In this document: piece by piece, positions 34,785 to 45,405 of the stretch
How the letters are laid out: every line of letters begins with the position of its first letter
Numbering within the stretch: the first letter of the stretch is position 1
NCBI GenBank assembly: GCA_963700275.1
Contig: CAVOWZ010000005.1
Coordinates: 12,818 to 76,817 of the forward strand
Length of the DNA stretch: 64,000 nucleotides
Origin: an uncultured Bacteroidales bacterium
Lineage (GTDB): Bacteria; Bacteroidota; Bacteroidia; Bacteroidales; VadinHA17
Reading direction: 5' to 3'
The notes under the pieces: model-generated
What the model was told of the DNA's origin: nothing
Database searches by the model: none
Seen by the model: the letters and a program-made list of their open reading frames with translations, nothing else
Translations under genes and position numbers: made by a program

Positions 34785-35231
34785 TCAAAGATACTTCTCG
34801 TCATAAGCTATCTGATATTCCTCCAGGAGTTGTTTATACTCAGTTAGAAACTGTACTTTTTCGTGATGCTTTTTCTGGTTTTTAATGTAGTTTTTCACCA
34901 CATCAACTAATGAGTTACTTACTGAGAAACCTCCGTATCCATCCTGCCAGTGGAAGTTGCTATACTCCGGTCCCTTTGTTTTGATCCATTTCGAAGAGCT
35001 TTTCTTAACCTCCTCCACAAGATCAGCAGGCGCCATGGTTTTTGGTAATGTACACAGCAGATGCACATGATCAGATGTCCCACCAATCTGAATAGGTATT
35101 GATTTGTAGTTTCTGAGTATCCCTCCCATGTAGGAATACAATTCATCCTGAGTTTTTTCTTGGATGAACTTTACATTGTTTTTTGTGTGAAAAACAATGT
35201 GGGTGTAGAATTGCACGTAGGATTGAGACAT
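34785..35231 (-). CDS. tnpA: IS200/IS605-family Y1 HUH transposase (REP-associated, RAYT-like); no tnpB
   Basis: HIVFHTK, DHVHLL (HUH), KKSSSKW, FHWQDGYGGFSVS, YIKNQKKHH (catalytic Tyr). Confidence 0.92.
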   Translation of the reverse strand: MSQSYVQFYTHIVFHTKNNVKFIQEKTQDELYSYMGGILRNYKSIPIQIGGTSDHVHLLCTLPKTMAPADLVEEVKKSSSKWIKTKGPEYSNFHWQDGYGGFSVSNSLVDVVKNYIKNQKKHHEKVQFLTEYKQLLEEYQIAYDEKYL

Positions 35232-35297
35232 TTTTGTTTTGTTTTATCAAATATAAAGATTAATACGAAAGTCAGGAAAGTTATATGATACAATATT

Positions 35298-35381
35298 GCG
35301 CCCCTACGGGGCTCGAGAAGCTTAGGGGATTAATCGACAGGGCGTTGCCCTGTCTTGATATCTTTCGCCTCTACGAGGCTC
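35298..35381. repeat. REP-like hairpins upstream of tnpA (opposite orientation to the array units)
   Basis: CGCCCCTACGGGGCT, ACAGGGCGTTGCCCTGT, CGCCTCTACGAGGCT. Confidence 0.7.
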
Positions 35382-35424
35382 CAGTTAAAGCAAGCACCGC
35401 CCTTCGGAAGGTCCACCACAGATA

Positions 35425-36522
35425 CCCCCAAGGCCGTAGGCCTTACATACCCTAAAGCAGGGCATCGGCCTGCGGAAAAGAGCCACCAACAGGTACCACC
35501 AAGGCCGTAGGCCTTACATACCCTAAAGCAGGGCACCGCCCTGCGGAACGAACAGGTACCACGAAGGCCGTAGGCCTTACATACCTTAAAGCAGGGCATC
35601 GCCCTGCGGAAAAGCCACCACAGGTACCACCAAGGCCGTAGGCCTTACATACCCTAAAGCAGGGCACCCGCCCTGCGGAAAGAACAGGTACCCCCAAGGC
35701 CATAGGCCTTACATACCCTAAAGCAGGGCACCGCCCTGCGAAAGAAACAGGTACCACCAAGGCCGTAGGCCTTACATACCCTAAAGCAGGGCACCGCCCT
35801 GCGGAAAGAAACAGGTACCCCCAAGGCCGTAGGCCTTAATACCCTAAAGCAGGGCACCCGCCCTGCGGAAAGAAACAGGTACCCCCAAGGCCATAGGCCT
35901 TACATACCCTAAAGCAGGGCACCGCCCTGCGGAAAGAAACAGGTACCCCCAAGGCCGTAGGCCTTACATACCCTAAAGCAGGGCACCGGCCTGCGGAAAA
36001 GAGCCACCAACAGGTACCCCAAGGCCGTAGGCCTTATATACCCTAAAGCAGGGCACCGCCCTGCGGAAAGAAACAGGTACCCCCAAGGCCGTAGGCCTTA
36101 CATACCCTAAAGCAGGGCACCCGCCCTGCGGAAAAGAGCCACCAACAGGTACCACCAAGGCCATAGGCCTTACATACCCTAAAGCAGGGGCACCCGCCCT
36201 GCGGAAAGAACACAGGTACCCCAAGGCCATAGGCCTTACATACCCTAAAGCAGGGCACCGCCCTGCGGAAAGAAACAGGTACCCCAAGGCCGTAGGCCTT
36301 ATATACCCTAAAGCAGGGCACCGCCCTGCGGAAAAGACCACCAACAGGTACCACCAAGGCCGTAGGCCTTACATACCCTAAAGCAGGGCACCCGCCCTGC
36401 GGAAAAGAGCCACCAACAGGTACCACCAAGGCCGTAGGCCTTACATACGTTAAAGCAGGGCACCCGCCCTGCGGAAGAGTCCACCACAGTCACCACCAAG
36501 GCCACAGGCCTTACATACTCTA
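35425..36522. repeat. Tandem array of ~17 direct units (about 63-72 bp period), each with two hairpins
   Basis: Unit: CCAAGGCCGTAGGCCTT-ACATACCCTAAA-GCAGGGCACCGCCCTGC-GGAAA(AGAGCCACC)AACAGGTACC. I counted 16 full units and 1 partial. Confidence 0.95.
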
Positions 36523-36596
36523 AAAAACTTGACTTGCATTACTATTTTTACTAAATTTCAAATCAGTTTGTATCTACATCAAAATGCATTCTGTCT

Positions 36597-37913
36597 ATGA
36601 AAACAACTTTACAAAATTCGATGCGACCAGCTTTCTCTTCTTTAATAATGCTGATCTTAATGATCCCGAATCTTCAGGCCCAGGACTACCTTATAAGCTA
36701 TGCAGGTGCCGGAGCAAGCACATCAGTCGATTCTGTTATGATCGAGAACCTCATGCAGGGTACAACACTTAAGATGAAGGGAACCGAAGTACTACGCCTG
36801 ACTGTTGTTACCGGCATAGAGGCTATGAATGAGGATGAATCCGGTATGGTACGTTTCTATCCCAATCCGATGAAAGATCATGCAAAAATGCAGTTCATCC
36901 TGCCTGAACCGGGAGAAACGATAATTACACTGTACGATATATCCGGGAGGAAAATATCACAAAGAAATGATTTACTGACCAGAGGCAGACATGTATATGT
37001 TATTCAGGGTATTGAAGGAGGGATTTATCTGGCGAAGGTGACTTCCGGCCGGTACTCATGCAGTGGCAGATTAATAAGTTCCGGATCAGGGGGAGGAGCA
37101 CCTGAAATTGCTTATGAACACACACTTTCCTTAAATGAAAAACCGGAAGGTATAAAAGGCACAACAGTTGAAAAAACAATGCAATATAATACGGGTGACA
37201 GATTAAAACTGAAAGGAATTTCAGGTATTTATAGTACAGTGATTACAGATGTACCGACTGCCGGCAAAACCATCTCATTCAACTTTATTCCCTGTACCGA
37301 CGGGGATGGTAATAATTATTCAGTAGTGCAGATTGGTTCTGCTAAAGGTGATTCTGACAGTAAAGCTGTACAAACATGGACAGTCGAAAACCTGAGGACA
37401 ACGAAATTATCAAATGGTACACCCATTAATTTTGTTGATAGTAAAGCAGAGTGGTGGACGTATACTACCCCGGCATACTGCTATTATGGAAATAATTCTA
37501 AATATGCCAAGGATTATGGCGGTTTATATAACGGATATGCTGCAGAATCCTATAGGCTCTGTCCTGTTGGCTGGCATGTTCCCGGTCAACAGGAATGGAC
37601 TTTAATGGTGAATTACCTGGGTGGAGCAAGTGGAGCAGGCGGTAAATTGAAAGAGACCGGCTCAGTTCATTGGGGCAGTATCACTATTGGGGCTAACAAT
37701 GAAACAGGTTTTACAGGAATTCCTGGTGGCTCACGGGATAGTCAATTCCGGGGTATCGGCGATTTTGCATATTGGTGGACTAAAACTCAGCCACAGACCT
37801 CTCCTGGCAGTCTGTATAACTTCTATCTGTGGAATGGTGATGACATAGCACATTTCAGCCAGGCAGGAAGGGGAGAACGCGGTTATTCTGTACGTTGTGT
37901 TCAAGATTGGTGA
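36597..37913 (+). CDS. FISUMP (Fib_succ_major) domain protein with internal T9SS type-A CTD-like domain
   Basis: FYPNPM...LYDISGRKI...GIYLAKV internally; DGDGNNY, QTWTVENL, YGGLYN, LCPVGWHVP, GYSVRCV. Confidence 0.85.
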   Translation: MKTTLQNSMRPAFSSLIMLILMIPNLQAQDYLISYAGAGASTSVDSVMIENLMQGTTLKMKGTEVLRLTVVTGIEAMNEDESGMVRFYPNPMKDHAKMQFILPEPGETIITLYDISGRKISQRNDLLTRGRHVYVIQGIEGGIYLAKVTSGRYSCSGRLISSGSGGGAPEIAYEHTLSLNEKPEGIKGTTVEKTMQYNTGDRLKLKGISGIYSTVITDVPTAGKTISFNFIPCTDGDGNNYSVVQIGSAKGDSDSKAVQTWTVENLRTTKLSNGTPINFVDSKAEWWTYTTPAYCYYGNNSKYAKDYGGLYNGYAAESYRLCPVGWHVPGQQEWTLMVNYLGGASGAGGKLKETGSVHWGSITIGANNETGFTGIPGGSRDSQFRGIGDFAYWWTKTQPQTSPGSLYNFYLWNGDDIAHFSQAGRGERGYSVRCVQDW

Positions 37914-37953
37914 TAAGAAAACTTAGTTTAATTTAAGTTTTCCGAAAATATCT

Positions 37954-37986
37954 TTTGTTGACCGATATGGTATTTCTGTATCTTTG
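37954..37986 (+). promoter_or_regulatory. Bacteroidota sigma-A promoter for the surE operon
   Basis: TTTG-N21-TATCTTTG. Confidence 0.6.
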
Positions 37987-38003
37987 CAGCCAAAGTCTGC
38001 TAT

Positions 38004-38787
38004 ATGATTATCGAAAAAGATGACAAGCTCATTCTGTTAACAAATGATGATGGATTGTATGCTGCCGGGCTGAAAACCCTCCTGGAGGTTATTGAGGAAT
38101 TCGGCAAGGTCATACTTGTATCAACCCTCGAAAGCCAGTCGGGAATGTCACAGGCACTTACCGTAAAAACTCCCCTCAGGGTTAAACTGCTTGAAGAGAA
38201 TGATAAACACAGGATCTACGCTTGCAACGGAACTCCGACGGACAGCGTAAAGCTGGCAATAAACCAGTTACTGGAAAGACAACCTGATTTTGTTGTGTCA
38301 GGAATAAACCATGGAGCTAACGCATCGGTAAGTATTTTATATTCCGGTACGATGGCTGCAGCCCTTGAGGGTTGTCTGTATGGGATCACCTCAGTGGGAT
38401 TTTCACTTAACAGCTTTTCTCCTGCTGCCGATTTCTCGGTTTGCAAAGATTTCATTCGAATTGTTATGAATAACCTGGCGTCGGAACCGCTTCCACCGGG
38501 AATATGTCTTAATGTAAATATCCCGGCTGTTCAGAGGGAGGAGATAAGGGGAATTTTGATCTGCCGGCAGTCAAGAGGTAACTGGAAAGAGGAGTTTGAA
38601 AAAGAGGAAAGATCCTATGGGTAAAACATACTACTGGCTGACAGGTTTATTTAATAATCATGAACCTGATGCCGATGATACCGATGAGTGGGCTTTAAAG
38701 AATAACTATGTTTCCGTTGTCCCGGTTTCTGTCGATATGACCGCCCATGGATTTCTCGACACACTGAAAACAAGATTCGGCATATGA
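38004..38787 (+). CDS. surE: 5'/3'-nucleotidase SurE; one indel
   Basis: ILLTNDDG, GTPTDSV, SGINHGAN, YSGTMAAA, LNVNIP. Confidence 0.93.
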
Positions 38788-39083
38788 AAGCGACAGTTAA
38801 ATACGACAATCTCACAACCGGAATTGTTGCAGGACTATTGCTTCCATTAATCACTACTTTGATCATGTTCCTGTTTGCCAAAGGTGATCCTTCATTGAAA
38901 GAATGGCTCAGGAAAATTGCCGATGCTGATATTGCTTCTAAAGTTATAACACTGTCCGTGATTCCCAATGTTTTTATCTTTCTGCTTTTCAATCATTTTG
39001 ATATGCTGCGGGCATCAAGGGGTGTTCTCGGAATTACAATCGCCTGGGCTGTACTGGTATTCGGTGCAAAATTACTTGTATGA
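38784..39083 (+). CDS. Small membrane protein
   Basis: 99 aa with 3 hydrophobic segments; overlaps both neighbours in ATGA fashion. Confidence 0.75.
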   Translation: MKATVKYDNLTTGIVAGLLLPLITTLIMFLFAKGDPSLKEWLRKIADADIASKVITLSVIPNVFIFLLFNHFDMLRASRGVLGITIAWAVLVFGAKLLV

Positions 39084-40221
39084 AGTATTTTATCGTTGCA
39101 GGAGAAGCCTCAGGTGACCTTCATGGTTCAAATCTTATAAAGGAACTTCTGGTCGAAGACAAGGCTGCAGAAATAGTTTGCTGGGGAGGCGACCTGATGG
39201 AATCTGCAGGGGCGAAACTTCTAATGCATTACAGAAACACTGCATTCATGGGATTCCTCGTTATTCTTAAAAACCTGGGAGGGTCTTTCATAATATCTCG
39301 CTGTGTAAAAAACAGGTTGGAGAATATAAACCCGATGTACTGATACTTATTGATTATCCTGCATTTAACCTTCGTATTGCAAAATTTGCAAAAATCTCCG
39401 GCATAAAGGTGTTTTACTATATCTCTCCCAAATTCTGGGCCTGGCGTGAAAAGAGGGTGATGAAAGTAAAGAAATGGGTCGACAGGATGTTCATAATTTT
39501 TCCTTTTGAAACAGAATTTTATGGAAAATATGACATACCTGTCGAATACAGGGGTAATCCGCTGGTTGATGAGATTGAAAGCAGGATAGCTTCGATGCCG
39601 GCGAAGAGCGAAATAATTGAAGAACTTCAGCTCGGCAATAAACCGGTTATTGGGATCCTTCCAGGCAGCAGGAAAGATGAGATAGAATCAATACTTCCAC
39701 AAATTATAAAGATCACAGGGGATTTTCCCGGATATCAGTTTGTCATCGCGGGGGTAAGGAACATCCCTGAAGAATTATATCAGGAAATTGCCGGGACTGC
39801 CCCGGTAAAAATAGTTACCGATAAAACCTATGAAGTGCTTAAGGTTTCTGAAGCAGCACTTGTGAAATCGGGAACATCAACACTTGAAGCCTCACTGATT
39901 AATATTCCACAGGTCGTTTGTTATAAAGGAGATTTTTTTTCAATGCTGATTGCGATGATACTGATAAAGGTGAAGTTCGTTTCACTGGTCAATCTGATAG
40001 CTGGTTCTGAAATCGTAAAGGAATTACTGGGATATGCACTTAACAGGAATAACCTGGTTAATGAACTATCTCTTATACTTGAAGGTGGACAGAAAAGGGA
40101 AAGGATGCTCGCAGATTATAAAATTTTAATGGAAAAGCTTGGTCCGGCCGGAGCTTCACAAAGGATTGCGAAGGCAATGGTGGAAGAGCTGAGAGGGGGA
40201 GGTAAGGAGAGTGGGAGATGA
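39080..40221 (+). CDS. lpxB: Lipid-A-disaccharide synthase; split by indel
   Basis: AGEASGDLHG, IDYPAFN, YYISPKFWAWR, LPGSR, SGTSTLE. Confidence 0.93.
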
Positions 40222-40288
40222 GGTGAGTGGGAGAAAAGGTGAGAAGGAGGAAAGGGGTGGGTAAACTAATGTCTGTTGATAATTATAG

Positions 40289-41446
40289 ATGATAAGTAAG
40301 TTATATTATTCAGCCGTTTTACTGATTCTTCAAACCACCATCCTGGCAGGTCAGGTCGATGTCCGTTTATTTTCCGGAAATAATTCCGATACTATCGTAT
40401 TTTCAGTCACCGAAGGCGAATATAAAATCAATTATTTCCCATCCGGTGAAGCTAAGCTTGTGAAAGGGCAAAAAGGGATCATAATCAGAAGCGGTGCTAA
40501 GCTTGTTATCAAATCATCAAATGATCACTTCAGGGCAATTTCTGATTCCGTTATGATTACAGGTATTACAGGAAATGACTCATTTTCCCTGTCAGTTGAT
40601 AATTCCGGAAGGATGACACGTCATTATTCCGGGGACCTTCATTGCAAATCCGATCTGGGTACCCTTCTGTTAATCAATACCTGTTTTACAGAATCTTACA
40701 TTGCCGGGGTTGTGAAGGCTGAAGGAGGATCGGGCAGGCATCAGGAATATTTCAAGACACAGGCTGTTATTGCCAGGACATACATGTACGGGCATTTGAA
40801 GAGACACGCTCTTGATGGATTTGATCTTTGTGATGATGTTCATTGCCAGGCTTTTAATGGGATTACCAATGATTCACTCATTATAAGGGCGGCACTGGAA
40901 ACAAAAAATCAGGTAATTATTGGTCCTGACTCACAGCCAATTACTGCAGCATTCCATTCGAACTGCGGAGGAGAGACTCTCGCATCAGAGAATCTCTGGC
41001 TCAGGGGTCACTCATACCTGAAGAAAGTGAAAGATCCTTATTGTATCTCATCACGTAACTCAAGTTGGAGTAAAACCATTTCTGTCAGAGATTGGATTGA
41101 CTATCTTAAAAAATCCGGGATGCCATCTGCACCGGCTGATTATTCCCTGTTGAATTTCAACCAGCCGGTACGTATTATAAATTATAAAACAGGAAGTTTC
41201 TCAATTCCTTTTAATCAGATCAGAACGGATCTTGGTTTAAGATCGTCGTTCTTCTCGGTCAAAGTTAAAGGTGATTCTGTAATTCTTAACGGAAAAGGCT
41301 ATGGTCACGGTGTAGGGCTTTGCCAGGAAGGAGCCATGGTGATGGCATCAAAAGGAAATGATTACAGGAAGATAATCGGGTTTTATTATAAGGGAGTGAC
41401 AATTAAGAATTTCAGTACAAATAAAGACAATTTGGAACTACCTTAA
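40289..41446 (+). CDS. SpoIID/LytB domain protein
   Basis: YIAGVVKAE, QAVIARTY, FHSNCGG, GYGHGVGLCQEGA. Confidence 0.9.
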   Translation: MISKLYYSAVLLILQTTILAGQVDVRLFSGNNSDTIVFSVTEGEYKINYFPSGEAKLVKGQKGIIIRSGAKLVIKSSNDHFRAISDSVMITGITGNDSFSLSVDNSGRMTRHYSGDLHCKSDLGTLLLINTCFTESYIAGVVKAEGGSGRHQEYFKTQAVIARTYMYGHLKRHALDGFDLCDDVHCQAFNGITNDSLIIRAALETKNQVIIGPDSQPITAAFHSNCGGETLASENLWLRGHSYLKKVKDPYCISSRNSSWSKTISVRDWIDYLKKSGMPSAPADYSLLNFNQPVRIINYKTGSFSIPFNQIRTDLGLRSSFFSVKVKGDSVILNGKGYGHGVGLCQEGAMVMASKGNDYRKIIGFYYKGVTIKNFSTNKDNLELP

Positions 41447-41458
41447 CACAATAAAAAA

Positions 41459-41579
41459 TAACCGCAAAGGGCACGAAGTAGACGCAAAGTGCTCAAAGGT
41501 AATTTATTGCAAAACACCTTTGCGCTCTTTGCGCCTGCCTGCCGTCAGGCAGGTAATCCCTTTGCGAACTTTGCGGTTA
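41459..41579. repeat. Intergenic inverted repeat built of CGCAAAG-type units, with an embedded CCTGCCTG..CAGGCAGG palindrome
   Basis: TAACCGCAAAG ... CTTTGCGGTTA. Confidence 0.65.
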
Positions 41580-41655
41580 AAAAGGATCATCAGACAGATT
41601 TATAAATAAACGGTTTTCCAACTAATTTGCTTATTTTTGTCAGTCACTATCCGGT

Positions 41656-42399
41656 ATGTTTGCGATTTTCAGAAAAGAAATAAGCGGTTTTTTCAGCAGT
41701 CTTACAGGCTATATTGTTATTATAGTCTTCCTGCTGGTTAACAGTCTTTTTATGTGGATCTTTCCCGGTGAGTGGAATATCCTCGACAGCGGATATGCAG
41801 GTCTGGATACTCTTTTCTTCATTTCACCCTGGGTGTTCCTGTTCCTGGTACCGGCGGTTACAATGAGAATGCTGGCCGAAGAAAAACGTCTTGGAACAAT
41901 AGAGCTCCTTTACTCAAAGCCGGTAACCGAACGGGGAATAATACTGGGCAAATACTTCGCAGCAGTTACCCTCGTCATTCTTGCCCTGATACCCTGTATG
42001 ATTTACTATATTTCAGTATATCTTCTGGGAGAAACACCCGGCAACCTCGACGCCGGAGGTACCTGGGGAGCTTTTATCGGTTTGTTTTTCCTTGCCGCGA
42101 TCTATGCTTCTGCCGGAATATTTGCTTCATCACTTACTGATAATCAGGTAATTGCCTTCATTCTGGCAGTGCTTATCTGTTTCGTAATGTATATGGGATT
42201 CGATTCAGTTGCATACCTGCCGGGACTAAAAAAGCTGGATGAATTTGTGATCAACCTCGGTATAAATGAACATTATAAATCAATCAGCAGGGGTGTCCTT
42301 GATCTAAGGGATGCAGTATATTTTATTGCCGTTGCAGCAATTTTCAATGAGGCAGCAAGATTGGTCCTGGTATCACGCAAATGGAGAAAAAAGACCTGA
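41656..42399 (+). CDS. gldF: Gliding motility ABC transporter permease GldF
   Basis: KEISGFFSS..GY, PAVTMR..AEEK..GTIELL, HY.SISRGV.D. Confidence 0.9.
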   Translation: MFAIFRKEISGFFSSLTGYIVIIVFLLVNSLFMWIFPGEWNILDSGYAGLDTLFFISPWVFLFLVPAVTMRMLAEEKRLGTIELLYSKPVTERGIILGKYFAAVTLVILALIPCMIYYISVYLLGETPGNLDAGGTWGAFIGLFFLAAIYASAGIFASSLTDNQVIAFILAVLICFVMYMGFDSVAYLPGLKKLDEFVINLGINEHYKSISRGVLDLRDAVYFIAVAAIFNEAARLVLVSRKWRKKT

Positions 42400-42401
42400 C
42401 A

Positions 42402-44110
42402 ATGAAGGAACCCGGACGAAAAGGAAATATCAGGATGAAAACCTGGATTCAGTTCCTGGTCACAGTTGCATTCATTATCGTGATTGTTGCGTTCAGTTCC
42501 CTGTTCAGGATCAGGCTCGATCTGACCGAAGACAGACGATATACTCTTTCACAGCCCACCCGGGAAGCGCTTGGGGAAATAAAAAATGATATTTATGTGC
42601 AGGTATACCTCGACGGTGAGATGCCTGTTCCGCTAAAGCGGCTCAGAAGATCTGTCAGGGAAATGCTTGATGAGTTCAGGATCGCATCGGGACGGAACAT
42701 AGATTATGAATTTATTAATCCGGCAGATACAAAAGATGCTCAGCAAAGAGAAGCACAATATACAGCGCTATACAATAAAGGATTGAATCCTGTCAATATC
42801 CAGGCCAGTGATGAGGAGGGAGGAAAAACCCAGAAAATGATCTTTCCCGGCATGATAATAAATTATAACAATATTGAGGTGCCGGTAAATTTCCTGAAAA
42901 ATAATCAGTCCGTTTCGTATGAGCAGAATATCCTGATTCGATAGAAGGCCTTGAATATGAGATGATCCAGACTATTGTTACAGTCACTTCAGATACAATA
43001 TTATAAAGTGGCATTTCTTGAAGGACATGAAGAGCTGCCGGAAATTGATGTTGCAGATATTACAATACACCTGGCAAAATTTTTTACAATTGACAGGGGA
43101 GCCATAAATGCACGGCCGGGTATTCTTGACAATTATGCAGCCGTTATTATTGCAGATCCCTTAAAGAATTCACCGAAGCCGATAAGCTCGTTCTCGATCA
43201 GTATATAATGAATGGTGGAAAGGTATTATGGCTTGTCGAGCAGGTGGAGGTAAATGCCGACAGCCTCGTTACGGGAGAAACAGTCGGATTTTACAGGACT
43301 TTAAACATTGAAGATCAGCTTTTCAGGTATGGAGTGAGGATCAATCCGGAGGTAATCCAGGATATTGATTGCATGGTAATCCGGCTGGCAGTATCAACCG
43401 GAGAGCAAAACCAGGTTGTAAATGCTCCATGGGTTTACTACCCGAAGCTTTATCCTAATCAGGATCATCCGATAACAAAAAATATAAACAGAGTCAAAGG
43501 CCAGTTTGTAAATACTATCGATACAGTCGGTCTGGATCCGGCAATAAGAAAGACAATTCTTCTGACAACATCGGGTAAGGCCAAAACATTATCACCTCCT
43601 CTTTTGATACGGCTGAAAGAAGCCGAGCAGCTTCCGGATGAGCAGTCATTTAATAAATCACTTCTGCCGGTTGCCGTTCTTCTTGAAGGTGTGTTTCCTT
43701 CAGCTTTTAAAAACAGGATGACTGAAAATCTGCTGACTGATAAGAATTTTAAGATCAGGAATGAAAGTGTTGAAAATAAGATGATAGTGGTTGCCGACGG
43801 AGATATTATCAGAAATGATGTGAGGAGAATGGGTACTACAGGTACACCATACCCGCTGGGGCAGGACAGGGTAACCGGCGAAATGATGGGCAACAGGGAT
43901 TTTCTTATCAATTCACTTAATTATCTTGTTGATGATCATGGTATTATGGAGCTAAGGTCGAGGGAGTTGAAGATGAGGCTGCTTGACAGAAACAGAATAA
44001 AAAATGAAAGGACCATGTGGCAGCTGATAAATGTCGGGGGCCCTGTCCTGATTGTCATAATTGCCGGTCTGATTTACGGATTCTTCAGAAGAAAGCTATA
44101 TGCAAAATAA
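42402..44110 (+). CDS. gldG: Gliding motility ABC transporter component GldG; split by indels
   Basis: RLDLTEDRRYTLS, YIMNGGK, LLEG.F.SAF.NR, MIVVADGD, NRDFLIN. Confidence 0.88.
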
Positions 44111-45090
44111 TGAAGATGAATAGAATATATATCCGTAATATTCTGATTTCTGCTGTTCTGATATTTCTGATAATATTCCTTGTTTTATTTAAGAACAGAT
44201 CTCCCTTCGGAAGTTCGGATAGTAACTTTGCCCCGAATCCTGATCAGGAAATAACATCAGTCGAGCTTTCGGATGAAAGCCAAAGTGTGAAGCTTGTGCT
44301 CACTGAGTGGTATCTGGAGAGTAAATGGAAAGACTGATGCAAGGAAAAGCGGAATAGCATTTCTTCATAAAGGTACTTACATGAACTTAAGATCAAATCT
44401 CCCGTTTCTCCCGATTTGTTTGAAAATGAGATTGTTTTAAAAGGGAATCCATCCGGTCAGGGTTAAAGTTTATGAAAGAGGAAACTTCTCAGATCATTTT
44501 ATGTGTACCGGACAACCTCGAACAGATATGGTAACATAATGAAGATCAGGGAGAGGTCGAAGCCGTTTATTGTTCATTTTCCGGGATATGAAGGTGATAT
44601 CGGCTCGATATTTAATCCGGCAGAACATTTCTGGCAGCCATTTATAATATTCAACCTGCTGCCATCGGAAATATCATCAGTTACCCTTGTTAATAATTCA
44701 GATCCTTCTTCATCTTTCAAAATCAAAGCATCAGGAAATTCATATCAGTTATCGGACTTGAAGGATAATTTAACCGGATGGGATTCATCACGGGTTAAGC
44801 GGTATATTTCATATTATACACTTGTTCCCTTTGAAAGCCTGGGCATCTGATTTAAGTGAATCTGAGAAATCAGGGATTGTTCAGTGATAGCGCGGCTTAC
44901 AAGATCTCGGTCACCGGAAATGACGGACGTATAACAGATCTGGAATTATGGGAACGGACCGTTAATGGCAAAAAGGATCCGGACAGGTTATATGGAAGAA
45001 AAAGTGGGAGTGAAGAATATTTTATTATCAGGTATTTCGACATAGATCCTTTGCTTAAGAAAAATTTCATATTTCTTCCCGGAAAAATAA
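44110..45090 (+). CDS. DUF4340-like protein downstream of gldG; split by indels
   Basis: N-terminal TM anchor, operon position, and fragments 44017-45275 in shifting frames. Confidence 0.5.
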
Positions 45091-45405
45091 GATCTCTGCA
45101 AGTCCGAAGTCCGAAGATCCGAAGTACCGAGGTCCGAATTTTTCGATTGCAAACTTCAACGGTAACTTGCCGGATTCATTTCAGCTGCTTCAGAGCGGAT
45201 TTCGTGCTTCCACTTCCGGCTCCACGGCTTCTAACTTCCGACTCGAGCTGTTACATCGATATAGTTTTAAATTAATTTGAATGAATATTTTTTTTTTGTA
45301 ATATTGATAGTTCTGAATTGAGTATTTCTAATTCGATTCAATTCATTAATAATTAATTAGATAAGAAAACTAAGGTCAATAAAATAAATTTAAACAGGTA
45401 ATAAT

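Noticed and set aside
35330-36505. Repetitive ORFs (AGRCPALGYVRP / RRAVPCFRVCKAYG)
   Set aside because: These are translations of the DNA tandem array in several frames; unit lengths are not consistently multiples of three.
35425-36522. CRISPR array
   Set aside because: The segments between repeats are not unique spacers (only two recurring linker variants), and there are no cas genes in the window.
30336-37913. Diversity-generating retroelement in this window
   Set aside because: Target-like domains are present, but I found no reverse transcriptase and no adenine-variant template/variable repeat pair.
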